A DNA stretch of 64,000 nt from Cystobasidiomycetes sp. EMM_F5 (lineage: Eukaryota): positions 1 to 64,000 of the forward strand of contig JBPGPT010000019.1 of NCBI GenBank assembly GCA_051047955.1. Reading direction: 5' to 3'. How positions within the stretch are numbered: position 1 is the first letter of the stretch; each line of letters starts with the position of its first letter. Of the stretch, positions 10,461-22,320 are shown one piece after another. The translations under genes and the position numbers were made by a program. The notes under the pieces are model-generated. The model saw nothing but the letters and a program-made list of their open reading frames with translations, was not told the DNA's origin and made no database searches.

Positions 10461-13400
10461 CTACTGTACTTCTACTACAGACTCTGACTTATAATGAGGC
10501 TTCATGAAGCCGAAGGAAGCCTGCGCCAGTTGCCTTGCACGCGGGACGGTCTGTGCGCGATTTTGCGATTTGTTACTTCTGCCAAGGGTATAATGGGTAT
10601 GCGCGAGATTGTAGCGGGCGCTGACGCCCTGTTGTTCATATTGTTTCCGCACAGTGCGGAATACATACCAGACATAAGTAAAGATGAAGCTTGCTACGAC
10701 CACTACTATGCCAATCACTCCCGGGAACCAGTGGTGAGGATCCAGCGTCTCCCCGTCACTTTCGTACGGTGACTTGAATACATCGCCGTCATGCGGCACG
10801 ACCGTATTCAAGGAGAAAGTACCTAGAAGCACTATCAGCACTAGCCCACTTTGGATGCGAGTCGTCCTTGCTCACCTGTCGTGATTGTCATGGCGAGGAA
10901 TGTCAAGGCTACGATGTAAAGCCGCGCCAGCGCCTTGTCATTAGCACGACGCGCTGCATTGTATGTCAAGCGCAAGAGGGAGAGGTAGACTGGATGATTA
11001 TGCGATAAAGTGATTTCGAAGAAGTTTAAACTCTGCTGCATCGTCAAAATATGGTCTGTTGACCGTCAAAGGCGGTAAATATCATTAGCTCCAGCTCGAT
11101 GCGCCAGTCCTGGATTGAAGCAGGCCTCACCTTGCAGATCTCCCAAGTATATATTGATGTCGTGGCGCATGCCGGGTTCGCCTCCGCCGGTCACAACGTG
11201 TTCTTGTTGCACCCGCTTGCGCAAGCCCCTGACGACTTCCGTCTTGCTATGGAGCAGCCTTGACAGGGCCGTAATGAGCTTGCGTGTATCAGCGATCCGC
11301 TTCAACATGCCAGCCCGGTCGAAGAGCCTGTCGTCGACATGCTTCAATGCCTTTTTCGAGATAGTGCGGGGCTTGATGACTTTCGCTTGTCGAGCAAACA
11401 TTTCGAATTGTTCGGTATGACTGCGAACTAGTTCTCGTTCCAGCCTTAGCTGCTTGCGCAGCCTGAGAGGTAAGCGATCCTCAAACCACGTTGGCACGCG
11501 CAAACGAAGGAGTACGGATGGCTTGAGTCTTGCCGTCTCGCTGACGCTCTTGATGTTATCAACCTTCTTGCCTTTTTTCCCGGTGACACTCTGCGTGCTT
11601 TGTAGGGGGTCTGCCAAGAAAGCATCGACAGCATTGGACTCGGATTCAATAAAGTCGATGAGAGGGAAGAAAGTGTCGACGATGGAGTCCATTAGTCCAT
11701 ATGCGATCCAGTCTATCAGTGTAACACAGTGAGACAGCTTGTAATGCAGCAAGTGGAGAATGCTACCTACGGGAGGAAATGCTCTTTGCCCTTCCATACT
11801 GTTCCACTCTGTTGCGTGCCCTATTGACATGCTTACTGATGTCCTCGAAATGGAACTGGTAGAGTACTCTTCAGCATACAAGCAGCGAGCCGCGCACCGA
11901 CGTGACTGACCGATATGAGACCATCACCAAACACGACCAGATACACGTTGACCGCGCCGACGCCTACACCCTCGACACCTTCTTTCGGACCTTCGACTAT
12001 CTCCACTTTCCCGCGTCTGGGATTATCGCGATTAGCAACACTCTCTGGCTGGCTGCCCTTTTCATCCATTTCGTCGCGCACAGACGCCGCACGAACGTCA
12101 CGGACGTTCTCTGTTGTCTTGACAGCGATCCGGCTCAGAGTGCGCTTTAAGCCCGATTCCGTCTGAGAATGACAGCGGCACATTCCGCCCTTCGCCTCAC
12201 TTTCGCACGTGCAAGTGGATCCCTCATCACCATTAGTGGCGGTTGGATGAGACGCATCTTCCGAATACCGAAAATACGTCTCGTCAACAGCACGAAAGGC
12301 GAGGAAGTAATATCCGAGGACATCGTGCACCTCGATCTTTTCGCGCTGATCTTGGGACAGGATATCTTCCATGGTGAGTGGGTGGATGGGTATCTGCCTC
12401 CTTAGTTGACGCATATCAGCTGGAGATGGGCATTGCACATCCAGCCACCAAGCTGGTCCAGCATTCCGCGTCTTCCGTGTAGCTCCCGTATTGATGCGAG
12501 GTAGTGCAGGCCGCTGCGAAGGATGTAGGGACGTACGAGGACCTTTCCCTTCCAAGCCGAAGGTTTTGGCATGTCCAGCAAACATTGCCTTTATGTAGTC
12601 ACAAGGCTGTGCTTCTGTGGGAGTAGCGGTCGCAGACTTTGGCAAGCTACTTACGCCAATGTCGCCGGCGGAAGAGTCTGTTTGATCTCGATCCGTCCAG
12701 AACGCCTGCAATTTTGACAAACAGGGGGCTAGTTCTTTGCTCGATAGAATATCAAATACCGGAGGCATCGCAGCAGCAGCCGTATTTAGACCTTCGGCGC
12801 GTTGTGATGACTTCGAGGTATATGGATGTGGTATATGACTCCTGTCATGCAACTTTTGAAAGTTTGATTCAGACGGATGAGCAGACAGGTCGTCATCTAG
12901 AGGGGTAGCAAGTTTGGGCGTGTAGAGCGTAAAGGTTGGTTCAGGAGGAATGTAGCTAGACTCCGATACTGTCGAGGCGGAGGAGTCTCTCCAGAATCGC
13001 CAGCGTATGCCCGTGCTGGAAGAGCCGGATGAGGAGCCGGATGAAGACGATGAGCTCGAAGATGACGAAGAGGAGCCGCGACGAGCGCGATCTCGGATCT
13101 TCTTGATGGCTTCTCCCGCTCTCCGCCGCACGCCGCGCTTTGTCCTGCCAGATTCTACAGACATGGTCCTTGTATGCCTTCGACGACCGATTGACCGCTC
13201 TGACTGCGGGCCAGCTCGGCGCCTCCGCTGTCTGTCGATGACGGAGGAGTTGGCCATATCTGCCGCAGACAGCGGTTCGAGAGCAGTGTCTGCGAGATCG
13301 AGTTCGAGGACGGATTGCGGGCCATGCGAGGTGACCCGCTGGAGAGGCAAAGAGTCAGCACTCAACGGGCGGCCATCCCCGTTGGCGTATAGTCGTTTCC

Positions 13401-13761
13401 GGACGGGTGTGGCTAGCTTGTGCGCAGTATGCTCTTGGTCCGTAATGACTCTTGGAGTGCTATTTCTCATCGAATTGCTTTGGACCTCGCTGCACAAATT
13501 TCGCTCAAAGAGCTCCTTTTGCTCGGGAGTGCCGACTGCGTGGACAGTGGCATGATTGTGAACGCTGCCAGTAGTGGCAGTCTGCGCTACACTTTGATAT
13601 CTGGAATCCTGCGAATTTCTTTCGTTTGCTTGCAACGATGACGGCTCTTCGCAGCAAGGACAGCCAGGTGGGGATACTTCAGCATGAGCCTCTCGAGCGT
13701 GTCCAGCGTCGTGCAGCAGCTCCAGCTCGACAGGCTCATCGCCCGCCAGCTGGCTGCTCAT
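10461..13761 (-). CDS. CorA-family (Alr1/Mnr2-like) divalent cation transporter, multi-exon
   Basis: WWLDVQCPS, IHPLTMEDIL..DQREKIE, YYFLAF, DWIAYGLMDSIVDTFFP, IYLGDLQ and two C-terminal TM helices. The spliced signature reads ITTGTFSLNTVVP. Confidence 0.9.
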
Positions 13762-14155
13762 GCCTGCTCACGAACGTGGGCCTCCCAGAGCAGCTGGCAT
13801 CAATGCGCCAGACGTTGATGAGCTATGGCTGCAGCCTTGTGAGCAGAGCAGCGCTGATCCAGCAGATGATGGGTCTCGCCATCCGGGTGCTTTCAGTGTT
13901 GACGCAGCTGGTGTCGGACAGTTTTATACTGAGGTGCAGCGGGGGACCATGGCAGTGCGAAATATTCTGAGAAAATGCTACAGGCATTCTAACGACGACT
14001 AACGTGATAGTAGCGGCTGAATAACGACGCAACATGCTTGCGGCTGGAGCTGATGGTTTCCAGCGAGGTTTTCAGGACATGTTAGCGATACCCTCGAGGT
14101 TATAATAATTAAATCACAGTACCAAAGAAGCGCGATATGCTAATCATGACAGGAG

Positions 14156-15298
14156 ATGTCCAAGGGTTCCCTCCACTCCGTCGACGCTTCCTATTCAACC
14201 CCCTCCCGCATAATGCCTCTCCTCAAGCTTCTCGAAAATGTGCAGTCAAAGTATGGATACATTGTGTCGGTCATTTCACTGACAGATTCCGTCCGTGTAG
14301 GAGATCATACGTGTACTGATACTCGAACATACCGATGGCCTCTCACTCGCCCGTCTCAGCTTGACGTGCCGCTGTAGTCGGAAGCTTGTTGAGAATTACT
14401 ATTCGCATACTCTGCAGTGTACTCTGGCACGCTACTTTCCCGATGTCAGCGGGATTCTCTCCGCTCTTCGACAAACGCAAGGATGTATTACAGGCTCGCA
14501 AGCTTTGCAAGTCATCATGAATGATATTGCAGCTACTTGGAAGGTGCGCGCTCACGCGAAGCGAATATACACAGCTGACCAGAAGAGCATTACTCGCATC
14601 TCACAGGCAAAAGATCTTGATGTGTCTGTTCCGATGGGCAGTGCCGAAGCCATGTGTGAACATCTCGAGACGCATCAGGGCTATATCCGTGCGCATGACT
14701 GTCACTGGTCTTCAGAGAGGCTCGGCTACCATACGCTATTGAAGAGGCAATGCCTGAAGAGCGTCACAAAGCTCTATAAAGGTTCGGATCGCAGCATCGA
14801 TGTTCTAGAGAGTGCGACAGACGTGAGTCACGTACTAACGTACTGGCGGAATGAAAGCTAAGAATGACTAATGACTACATTTCCCAGAACTGCATAGCGC
14901 CCCTGTGCGACTTTCACTCGACTGCTGTAGTCAATGCAATCTTTGCTGACAGTATTACATGGTACGGCCTAGTTGTTTCTCAGAAGAATCTGATGCACTA
15001 ACTTAGAACTCAGCTATTATCCCCGCGAGACTCTCCGCTATCGCACAATACGCAACCTGGCGTTTCAGGATAAACGGGATCGGAAGGCGGTTGCAAAGTA
15101 CCAGGGCAGAGGTTAGTTGTTTAGTCGTCCGCCAGCAATGGACCGTTACTGAGTAGCGCAGGCTGGCAGCCGTTTCCGAGGACGCAGATCATCATCGACG
15201 AGGACGCCCTACAGAGTGCAAGCACCTGGACTATAGATGTGTCCGGTGTGGACGGTGTCAATGCGGAGAGGAGGCAATCACGAACGCAGACGCCGTGA
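14156..15298 (+). CDS. Hypothetical protein with a nucleotidyltransferase-like (GS..DLD) domain, multi-exon
   Basis: Spliced motifs QGCITGSQALQVI..W..KDLDVSVP, IDVLES, APLCDFHSTAVVN and KYQGRG, which I recall from a widespread uncharacterised basidiomycete family. The start could be 14156 or 14213 and the 3' end is uncertain. Confidence 0.55.
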
Positions 15299-15457
15299 TC
15301 ACGACGAGACGAAATGCTATTGCACATTCCGTTGTTGACGGCAGGCAAATCGTGAATAATGAGGCATGACTCCATTCCATTTTCCGGGGAGGGAGCTTGT
15401 CGAAAAGAAGGCATCTCGCACACCCTTTGTGCTCCTGTATGCATCCGAGAGTCCGCT

Positions 15458-15697
15458 TCAATCACTGTTCGTGCAGCCACAACGCGCGTCAGACCGAACT
15501 CGCCGGCGACTTTTCGCAAGCACAGCAGGGATTGTAGATGTCCTTGTCACGGATTCCACACCGATTCCACACCGAGGAACGCGATCGGCGCAAGTACAAT
15601 CTTGATGATGGAAGGCAGCATGCCTGCGTCTGCTATGGAGCAGGCAAAATACGAAACCACCTCCCGTGCAGAGGATGCTGCAGGCTTCGCAGATCAT
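15458..15697 (-). pseudogene. Frameshifted copy of the small Cys-rich TM protein gene
   Basis: MICEACSILCTGGGFVF, then a frameshift to ACSIADAGMLPSIIKIVLAPIAFLGV. This is homologous to 16416..16598. An 11-bp tandem duplication lies at 15552-15573, and the upstream CAGAAAGTGAGGTAT is shared with the intact copy. Confidence 0.7.
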
Positions 15698-16415
15698 CTC
15701 TGAAAAATGCAGAGGTCCACCCCCAGTGTAAGGACGAGTGTGCCGTATATTGCAACAATAATACCTCACTTTCTGCTCCAAGTCTGCGAATCAATTCTGC
15801 TTCTGCGAAGGCAGAAAGCAGTATTGTTTGCAAGCATCTTTCGAGTATAACTCAGTGATTTTGCAGCACGCCTCCTAGCCCGTCGAAACCCACTAAGTCA
15901 TGCCTCACAATCAGTCTAATGGCGTGACTAACGTCAAGTCCGGTAAAGCATGTCACGACAAGTTCTGTCAGTTGTGTCAGGGAAGTCACGACCTCGGCAC
16001 TTCACAATTCGCAAGAACTTCGTTCTAACCCGCTTGTCAGGCATGGTCGAAACAGAAACAAGATGGACCCCTCTTAATAAATATGCACAGCTCTATCCCG
16101 CCTTCGCAGGGTGCTTCGTCCAATTCTGAGATTCTACACTTTCATTGGCGATGAGATCGTGAAGCAAAAATGCGGACTGGACTAGCAGTAGCGTGTACGC
16201 TGGCGCAGGGCGTCGATCAGGGAGTGGGTCTAAGAAATAGACGACACATCGTGTATTGCGATGACACAACGCCGGAATTGTATTTTACCCAATACTGACG
16301 CCACATTCAGCAATGAGAGCTGCCTCAGGCGCCCTTCTTGGTTCTGTAAGATTCGGAAGGTTCACATTAGCTGAGGCAAATTTCAGTACAATGACCATGA
16401 GGTAGAACTTAGTGG

Positions 16416-16598
16416 TCACGATTCACAACCGCAAACGATGCAGCAGAGTTTGCCAATCTCATTGCACAAAAACGTAATTCCGATCCCGAGTGCTGTGAGT
16501 GGTAGTAACACGATGTTGACAATGGCTGGCAATGGTCCTTCCGTCGTGCAGGCGCGACCGCCTCCCGTGCAGGTGATACTGCAACTTTCGCAAAACAT
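16416..16598 (-). CDS. 60-aa cysteine-rich single-TM microprotein
   Basis: MFCESCSITCTGGGRACTTEGPLPAIVNIVLLPLTALGIGITFLCNEIGKLCCIVCGCES* with 9 Cys. The ATG is immediately preceded by a 5'UTR intron acceptor (CTGAC...CGCAG). Two neighbouring paralogs support it. Confidence 0.7.
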   Translation of the reverse strand: MFCESCSITCTGGGRACTTEGPLPAIVNIVLLPLTALGIGITFLCNEIGKLCCIVCGCES

Positions 16599-17201
16599 CT
16601 GCGAAACATTCGGGGTCCGCGATGACGCAGTCAGTATTGCAAGGATGCATTCGTATCTGCGTATTGCATCACTATACCTCACTTTCTGTCCAATTGCGAC
16701 TGTTATGGCTTATAGACTTGTATCGCTAAAGGAGAGTGAAGAAGAGAGAGGCAGTTCGAATAACCCTAATGTGACTGACAACTTTGCGCTCCAGCAAGCG
16801 TTACCACACTCACATAATTTCACCGTTGAACTTTGCCCTCTCGTGCCCTGTGTACCGTCTGACGCTGGACAGTGACCTATCTACTAAAGGAACGTCAGTC
16901 GTCAGGTCGATCAGATATTCCTCGTCTTTCAGATGTAATCCTGTTTTGCCTGCTGCTTCATGGCGGTAGTGCACTGACAGCAATGCTTCGTTCACCAGGG
17001 ACATTAAATGCTCAAAAGCGGGACAGAATTAATCGGTCATGACTGAAGCACATGCGCTGCTCATTCACAACTTGCTCAATCATCGCGAGGGAGTCCTGCA
17101 GAATGCGAATATAGATCAAGTATAGCCTGATTCCACGCTGATGTATGCGGAAAGATGCGCCTCGAGCGTTCACATCTCAACAATACACATGACTTCAGCT
17201 T

Positions 17202-17411
17202 CTATACTTGAGCAATTACACATATACTCACCCGTCTTTTACGACGAATGCCGCAGAGCGCGCATACTGGCGCGCATACGCAAGCTATACCGGTTGCCAG
17301 TAGAACAAACGGGAAGAGTACTATATTGCATAACACTGCGGGTATGCCGCGAATACTGCATCGATGCGAACCGCAGTTGCAGTTTGTGTAACAAGCGTCA
17401 CAGGGTGCCAT
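17202..17411 (-). CDS. Small cysteine-rich single-TM microprotein (diverged paralog)
   Basis: MAPCDACYTNCNCGSHRCSIRGIPAVLCNIVLFPFVLLATGIACVCAPVCALCGIRRKRR. It has the same CxxCxxxC..C..G..NIVLxP..GI pattern and a probable 5'UTR intron. A GTGAGT donor at 17231 makes the 3' end uncertain. Confidence 0.65.
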   Translation of the reverse strand: MAPCDACYTNCNCGSHRCSIRGIPAVLCNIVLFPFVLLATGIACVCAPVCALCGIRRKRRVSICVIAQV

Positions 17412-17997
17412 TACAGAATGGCGGATCTTTGATGACTACTGCCATTGCGATCGTCAGATATGATGTGTGGTGACGCGAGCACCACCTCACCTACCTATAG
17501 CTACTGCCGACCAAGTTCGCAGGTAGGCAATATAATTTTTGGGCGGCCTTTCCCTCCCTGCAAAGTGAAGCTTCGCAAAATTAGGAAGGTGAGAGAAGTT
17601 GTAGTCGATGTCCAATCCGTGTCTTCTCAATCGTGAGCGACTCTCGCTGTACCGTAGCAGACTGACCGGCTGTCGAACAGTAGCTGTTAGTTGTCATGAG
17701 TGACGGTGCTAATGCTCAACTATTAGCCTCTCCATGACCGTGTGACGTGCTTTGAACTTATATGGACAGCTTTTGCGGGGCATAGTTACTCTACGTACGG
17801 CCCTACAAGCGATCCAACGTTCTTCGAAAATCATTCTGCCAGTCTTCCAGAACCGTTGGGATACGACTCGAACCCCTGCGGCACCCCGTGGGAAGGGAGC
17901 ATGCCAGACCTGGAGCACCGTCTCTTGTCTATCCGACAACGATATCAGTACTTTAGTAAAGCCTCTTTGAACACCCAGCCATCAGCAGTCAGCAGCC

Positions 17998-18597
17998 ATG
18001 TCAGCTCGTAAGCACTTTTATGGCCCGGAGTGCCCGTGAGCGACACTGACTGACGGTGTCGAACGCGCACCGCAGTCGCTTTCCTCAAAGCAAATCCGGT
18101 CCTCATTCCTCTGGTAGCAGTTGTCGGAGCTGGGGTGAGCGTCGGTGTTGACTGATGCAGCGGACGCCCTCTGACCAGATGGACTGTCAGATTGGCGGCG
18201 GCCTGGTGTTTGGGTCGCATTACCTCAAGAACAACCAGGATGTAGTGATTAAGAGGAAATCAAACAGTACTCCATGGAATAACGGTAAGCTCAAAATCAG
18301 TACATCGACTGGACCTTATCTGACGGGAGACGTTGGAGGCAGTCCGCCAAGATCAGAACTCGAAGCTCTTCTCGTGGAACAAAGACTTCTGGCATGGCCG
18401 CGCGGGCCTACCTGATCCTGTACGTTAGCGTATCGGCCAGAAGTGAAGCGTTAATCTTCGCTGCTAATTTATGGTATTGTCAGCGTCGCTCCCTCCGTGC
18501 AGATTACGAAGCCACTCCAGGAGATCATCATGCGGCGAAAGCGTACATCCAGCGAGCCCGTCAGCAGGCTTCGAAAGAAGGGATGACTGAAGCATGA
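17998..18597 (+). CDS. NDUFA4: NDUFA4/B12D (MLRQ) family respiratory-chain small subunit, five exons
   Basis: Spliced: MSALAFLKANPVLIPLVAVVGAGIGGGLVFGSHYLKNNQDVVIKRKSNSTPWNNVRQDQNSKLFSWNKDFW...EA*. The PxLIPL-TM-DV-PW-KL pattern fits the family, and all four introns are GT..AG. Confidence 0.8.
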
Positions 18598-19061
18598 GCT
18601 GAAGCGGGGCAAGTTCGGTTGGATTTCGACAAGATCGAATACAACGTGAAAGGCAAATCATCGCAATACTTCGATGACTGTCACGTCATGTCATCAAGTA
18701 CCTTTGCATTGCGTCTCTGTATCGTAATTGCCTCTACAAACAAGAGCGCAACGTCTTCACTGGCACTGCGCACAACAGCTCTTGCTTGTGCACCCCTTGA
18801 TGATGACAGTCCTGATGTTTCGGAGCCCGCTGCGTTACCCAACCCCTGCTCCAACCGTTCTCATGCAGCCCCGCACGAGTTCCCATTTCACCACACTATG
18901 CATGTATCGCGTTTTCAAATCCTTTAGTCCCAGCCGATAGCTTGCGTGACCGACGGCTTCTTTGGTGCATCATAAAGATGAGCCGCTTCCACTGGCTTTT
19001 CAGTCATGACACTCTGTGTTTGACAGACGCCGTCAGCATTATTTAACGCTATCACGATCAG

Positions 19062-21016
19062 CTAATGACTCACGCTCAGCAATCTGTCAGACCATGTCCT
19101 GTCAAATTCCTTCTTCATGGGTATTCCCAGGCTCTTGCAAACATCTTCGCCCCGTCTCTTCCACGAGTATTGAACGTCACCCTTTCCGAGCCCGCTAAAA
19201 GTGCCAGACTTGATGGCCGAAGACACGTTGGTGTGCAGCTTCAGCTCAGCGAGCATACCAATCAACTGGATCAGACAATGGTCAGATTCGGAACTATTGA
19301 AGCTCTTGAAGTTGTTTGCGTTGAAAGGTGGTATGATGATGTGATTGTACGGCTGCAGACATGCTTTGCCTGGAGAGTCATCGACGAGAATCGTATCCAT
19401 CTGTGACCACTTTTCAAGTACTGGCAGTTGAGCCTCTCCGGCTTCGTTGATGTCTGATCCAGGTACCGTCCACCTCTGGGCTTGCCAGATCTTGGCTAGA
19501 TTCTTGATTGTATCGGGTACCTTGCTCAAGTACTCGTCGTGAGAGAGGTCGAGGCTGTCTCTTGCCCACATGTCGAGCAGCAGTGGCGCTTGCGAGCCAG
19601 TCTCAGATGTCAGACCCATACTACCGCACATGACTTGTACATTCTCCGGCTTGGCAGACGACCAGACCTTTTGTATGATATCGAACAATCAGTAAGTCTC
19701 CCTTAACGATGAAACCCAGTGTCATGTCATACCATCACATTGAATCGCCTTTGCAGGACACCGCCGACCTCTTCTGTTCCGCACAGATATTCGAGAAATG
19801 CACCCAGGTAAGGTCTCATCGTAGCATTTCGGGCAGCTTTACTGGTAGCGGTACGGCGAGACAGTAGGGTATTGTTGAGATCAAGGACTATCAATTTCGG
19901 CCTCTTGCCAGCAAAAGCAATTGGAGATATGGATTTCGTAGGAATGGACGCAAACTCGAGGTACTTGTCGGAAGGGTATCGCAGCTCGCTGGGATCTACC
20001 CGCGCTCCCGGTTCTACCACTACCGACTTTTTGAATGTCCAGGCGCCAGTCTGTGTGGGCGACGGCAGGGTCGGATCTACCCTGAGCGCCTTTAGATCTC
20101 GAACCATATTGTCGAGTTCTGCATCACCAGTGTTTCCGCTGAGCACATCCACTTGACGATGAGTGGAGGATCCACCAGCAGTATTGGCGCTCGTGCTTGC
20201 AGTCATCAGGGCAGTCCAACCTGAAGTGTCAACCTGCACGACTGGATCGTTGATACTACCAATCTGAGGCTGTTGAGTATGAGCTGCTTGGAAAGCGGTC
20301 GAATGGTCTGATGTCTCAGAAGGGGACGTTGAGCGTTGCGTGTGCGAATCAGAGCGGTAATTGGAGCGCGTATTTGTGCGCGAGCCGTACGAGACCGTCT
20401 TGAAACCAGACTCGGTATCAGCAGACGAAGGGGCAACTGTTCGGGGCACTGAACGGTGTGTTGACCCTCCCATCGAAGCAGTAGACCTGGCCATAGACAT
20501 GGCTGGTGATGTAGCTCGTGAAGTTGGCAGGGGTCTTTCGTGTGGCTGTACGGAGGGTCTGTGCGGTTCAAGCTACCATCAGTGTGCAACCAGAAGGGGA
20601 AAGCATGATTCTGCGCACGCAGGACTATTCCATCGTGCGATGTTTGCTGCACCTTGCCAGCCTAGATGTCGATAAGCTGGGTTTGGTGCGTCTGGTACGG
20701 GACTGCTGATCATGCCGCTAAGTCATGCATATGTGCGCGTAAAGTACACGATTTACCGAGTTGGCATGGATGAGTCACTCTCGCGAGTACTTGATGGAGG
20801 TAGAGGTTTGATTGAAGCTGCGTTTGCATAGCTAAAGACGGGCTTTGGCTTGTTGTATACAGCGTCAGGGGATGGATTGGAGACTGAGGATTGTGGAGAC
20901 ATCTTCTGAGACGCGGAAGTCGAGGAGACTGCAGAAGCGATACTGCTCTTTGGGGACATGACTGCAGAGTTTGGCGTCATCACCCTCCATACGTTTGTAT
21001 CGGAAGCCGGCGCCAT
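19062..21016 (-). CDS. FCP1/NIF-homology (HAD-fold) domain protein with a long disordered N-terminus
   Basis: KLIVLDLNNTLL, RPYLGAFLEYL, FNVMVWSSAKPENV, MWARDSL, KNLAKIW, WSQMDTILVDDSPGKACLQPYNHI. The start at MAPASD (21016) is inferred. Confidence 0.82.
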
Positions 21017-21227
21017 GTTGTCTGGCAGATGTTGGTGTTGGTACTGCCTCGCTGCCAGACGAGCTGTGCGCATCCAAGAGCGCAGTTGGCGCGTCCAGCT
21101 GCCCACCTTGGTCGAGCAGAGCCAAGTTGGACCTCTGAAGCAGCTTTGAGGATATTGGATACTCGATCAATGAATGCAAGACTACTTGATAATTACTCTT
21201 CAAACAAACTGTCGAATATACTCTACA

Positions 21228-22320
21228 ATGGCACTTCCTGCGCTCCTCAAAAGATCAACTCTGCCCAGAATATCCTCACCGCTGGCAACGCACTCGAGCT
21301 CGTACAGCTTGAGCAACGAGTCGGACACCAGCTCGGGCAGCGACGACGACGACGAAGGCTCCGACAGCGAGAGTGCCGGAGGGAGCGATTCAGACGACGA
21401 CGACGACGAGCAAGTCGGCAGGCTGAAAAGTCTGCTTCAAAAGGCAAAGGATGCCGCAAGAGCCAGAGAGCAGCCTGCAGAGGCTAGCGAAGTCGTATTT
21501 GACAGTGACGCGCTGAAAGAGTCCGGGAGGCTCAATCAATCACTCCCACGACAACAAAAGCTGACTTTTTGAATGTCTGCAACAGTACAGACACTCTGCC
21601 CGCCGTTTACACCAGACACGCAGACCCCGAGCAAGTTTTTCACAACGCCACTGCTTCGACTAGTGCAAGCATCATTGCATCAGCATCAGGAAGCGCAGTA
21701 TCAACCAACGGCAAAGGAAAGGGACGGGCGACAGAAAAGGACGAGAATGACGGGTCTGACATTCTACCTGGCGTACTTTCGAAATGGGGAGAATTGCCAC
21801 GGCCAAAGCAGTCCAAGGCAGCCAAAGCCAAACAACGCGAACGTAGTGCCGGCAAAGGATGGTTTGATATGCCACGCAGATCAGCTACGTCCCTGTCAAA
21901 TGACGAAAAGCGGGAAATTCAGGCTTTACGCCTGAGTAACGTCATGGATCCGAAACGATTCATGCGAGGCGAATCAAAGCGGGACAACAAGAAGCTGCCA
22001 GAGTTCTTCCAGGTGAGTGTTTGCCTTGTTGTCTCTGCCGACGCTACGATCGCCGGCTGACTGTTAAAATATAGATGGGCCATGTCGTTGAAGATGCATC
22101 GGGTCCTCGTGCTGGACTGGCAGCACCGAGTAGTAAATTGAAGAAGCAGAGCTTCATTTCGACAGTGCTCGAAGACAGCAAAGGCCTTGCATGGACCAAG
22201 AGGCGGTATGCTGACTTGCAAGAGAAGGCATCCTCGGGCGGAAAGAACCATTACAAGCGGAAAATGCATGATAGGAAGAGCAGTCACGCAGGCGGTGGGA
22301 AGCGAAAGACGAGACATTGA
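21228..22320 (+). CDS. FCF2: rRNA-processing protein Fcf2 (DNTTIP2 family)
   Basis: Acidic N-terminus, then SAGKGWFDMP, EIQALRLSNVMDPKRFMR, LPEFFQ|MGHVVE, WTKRRYADLQ..SGGKNHYK. Confidence 0.88.
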
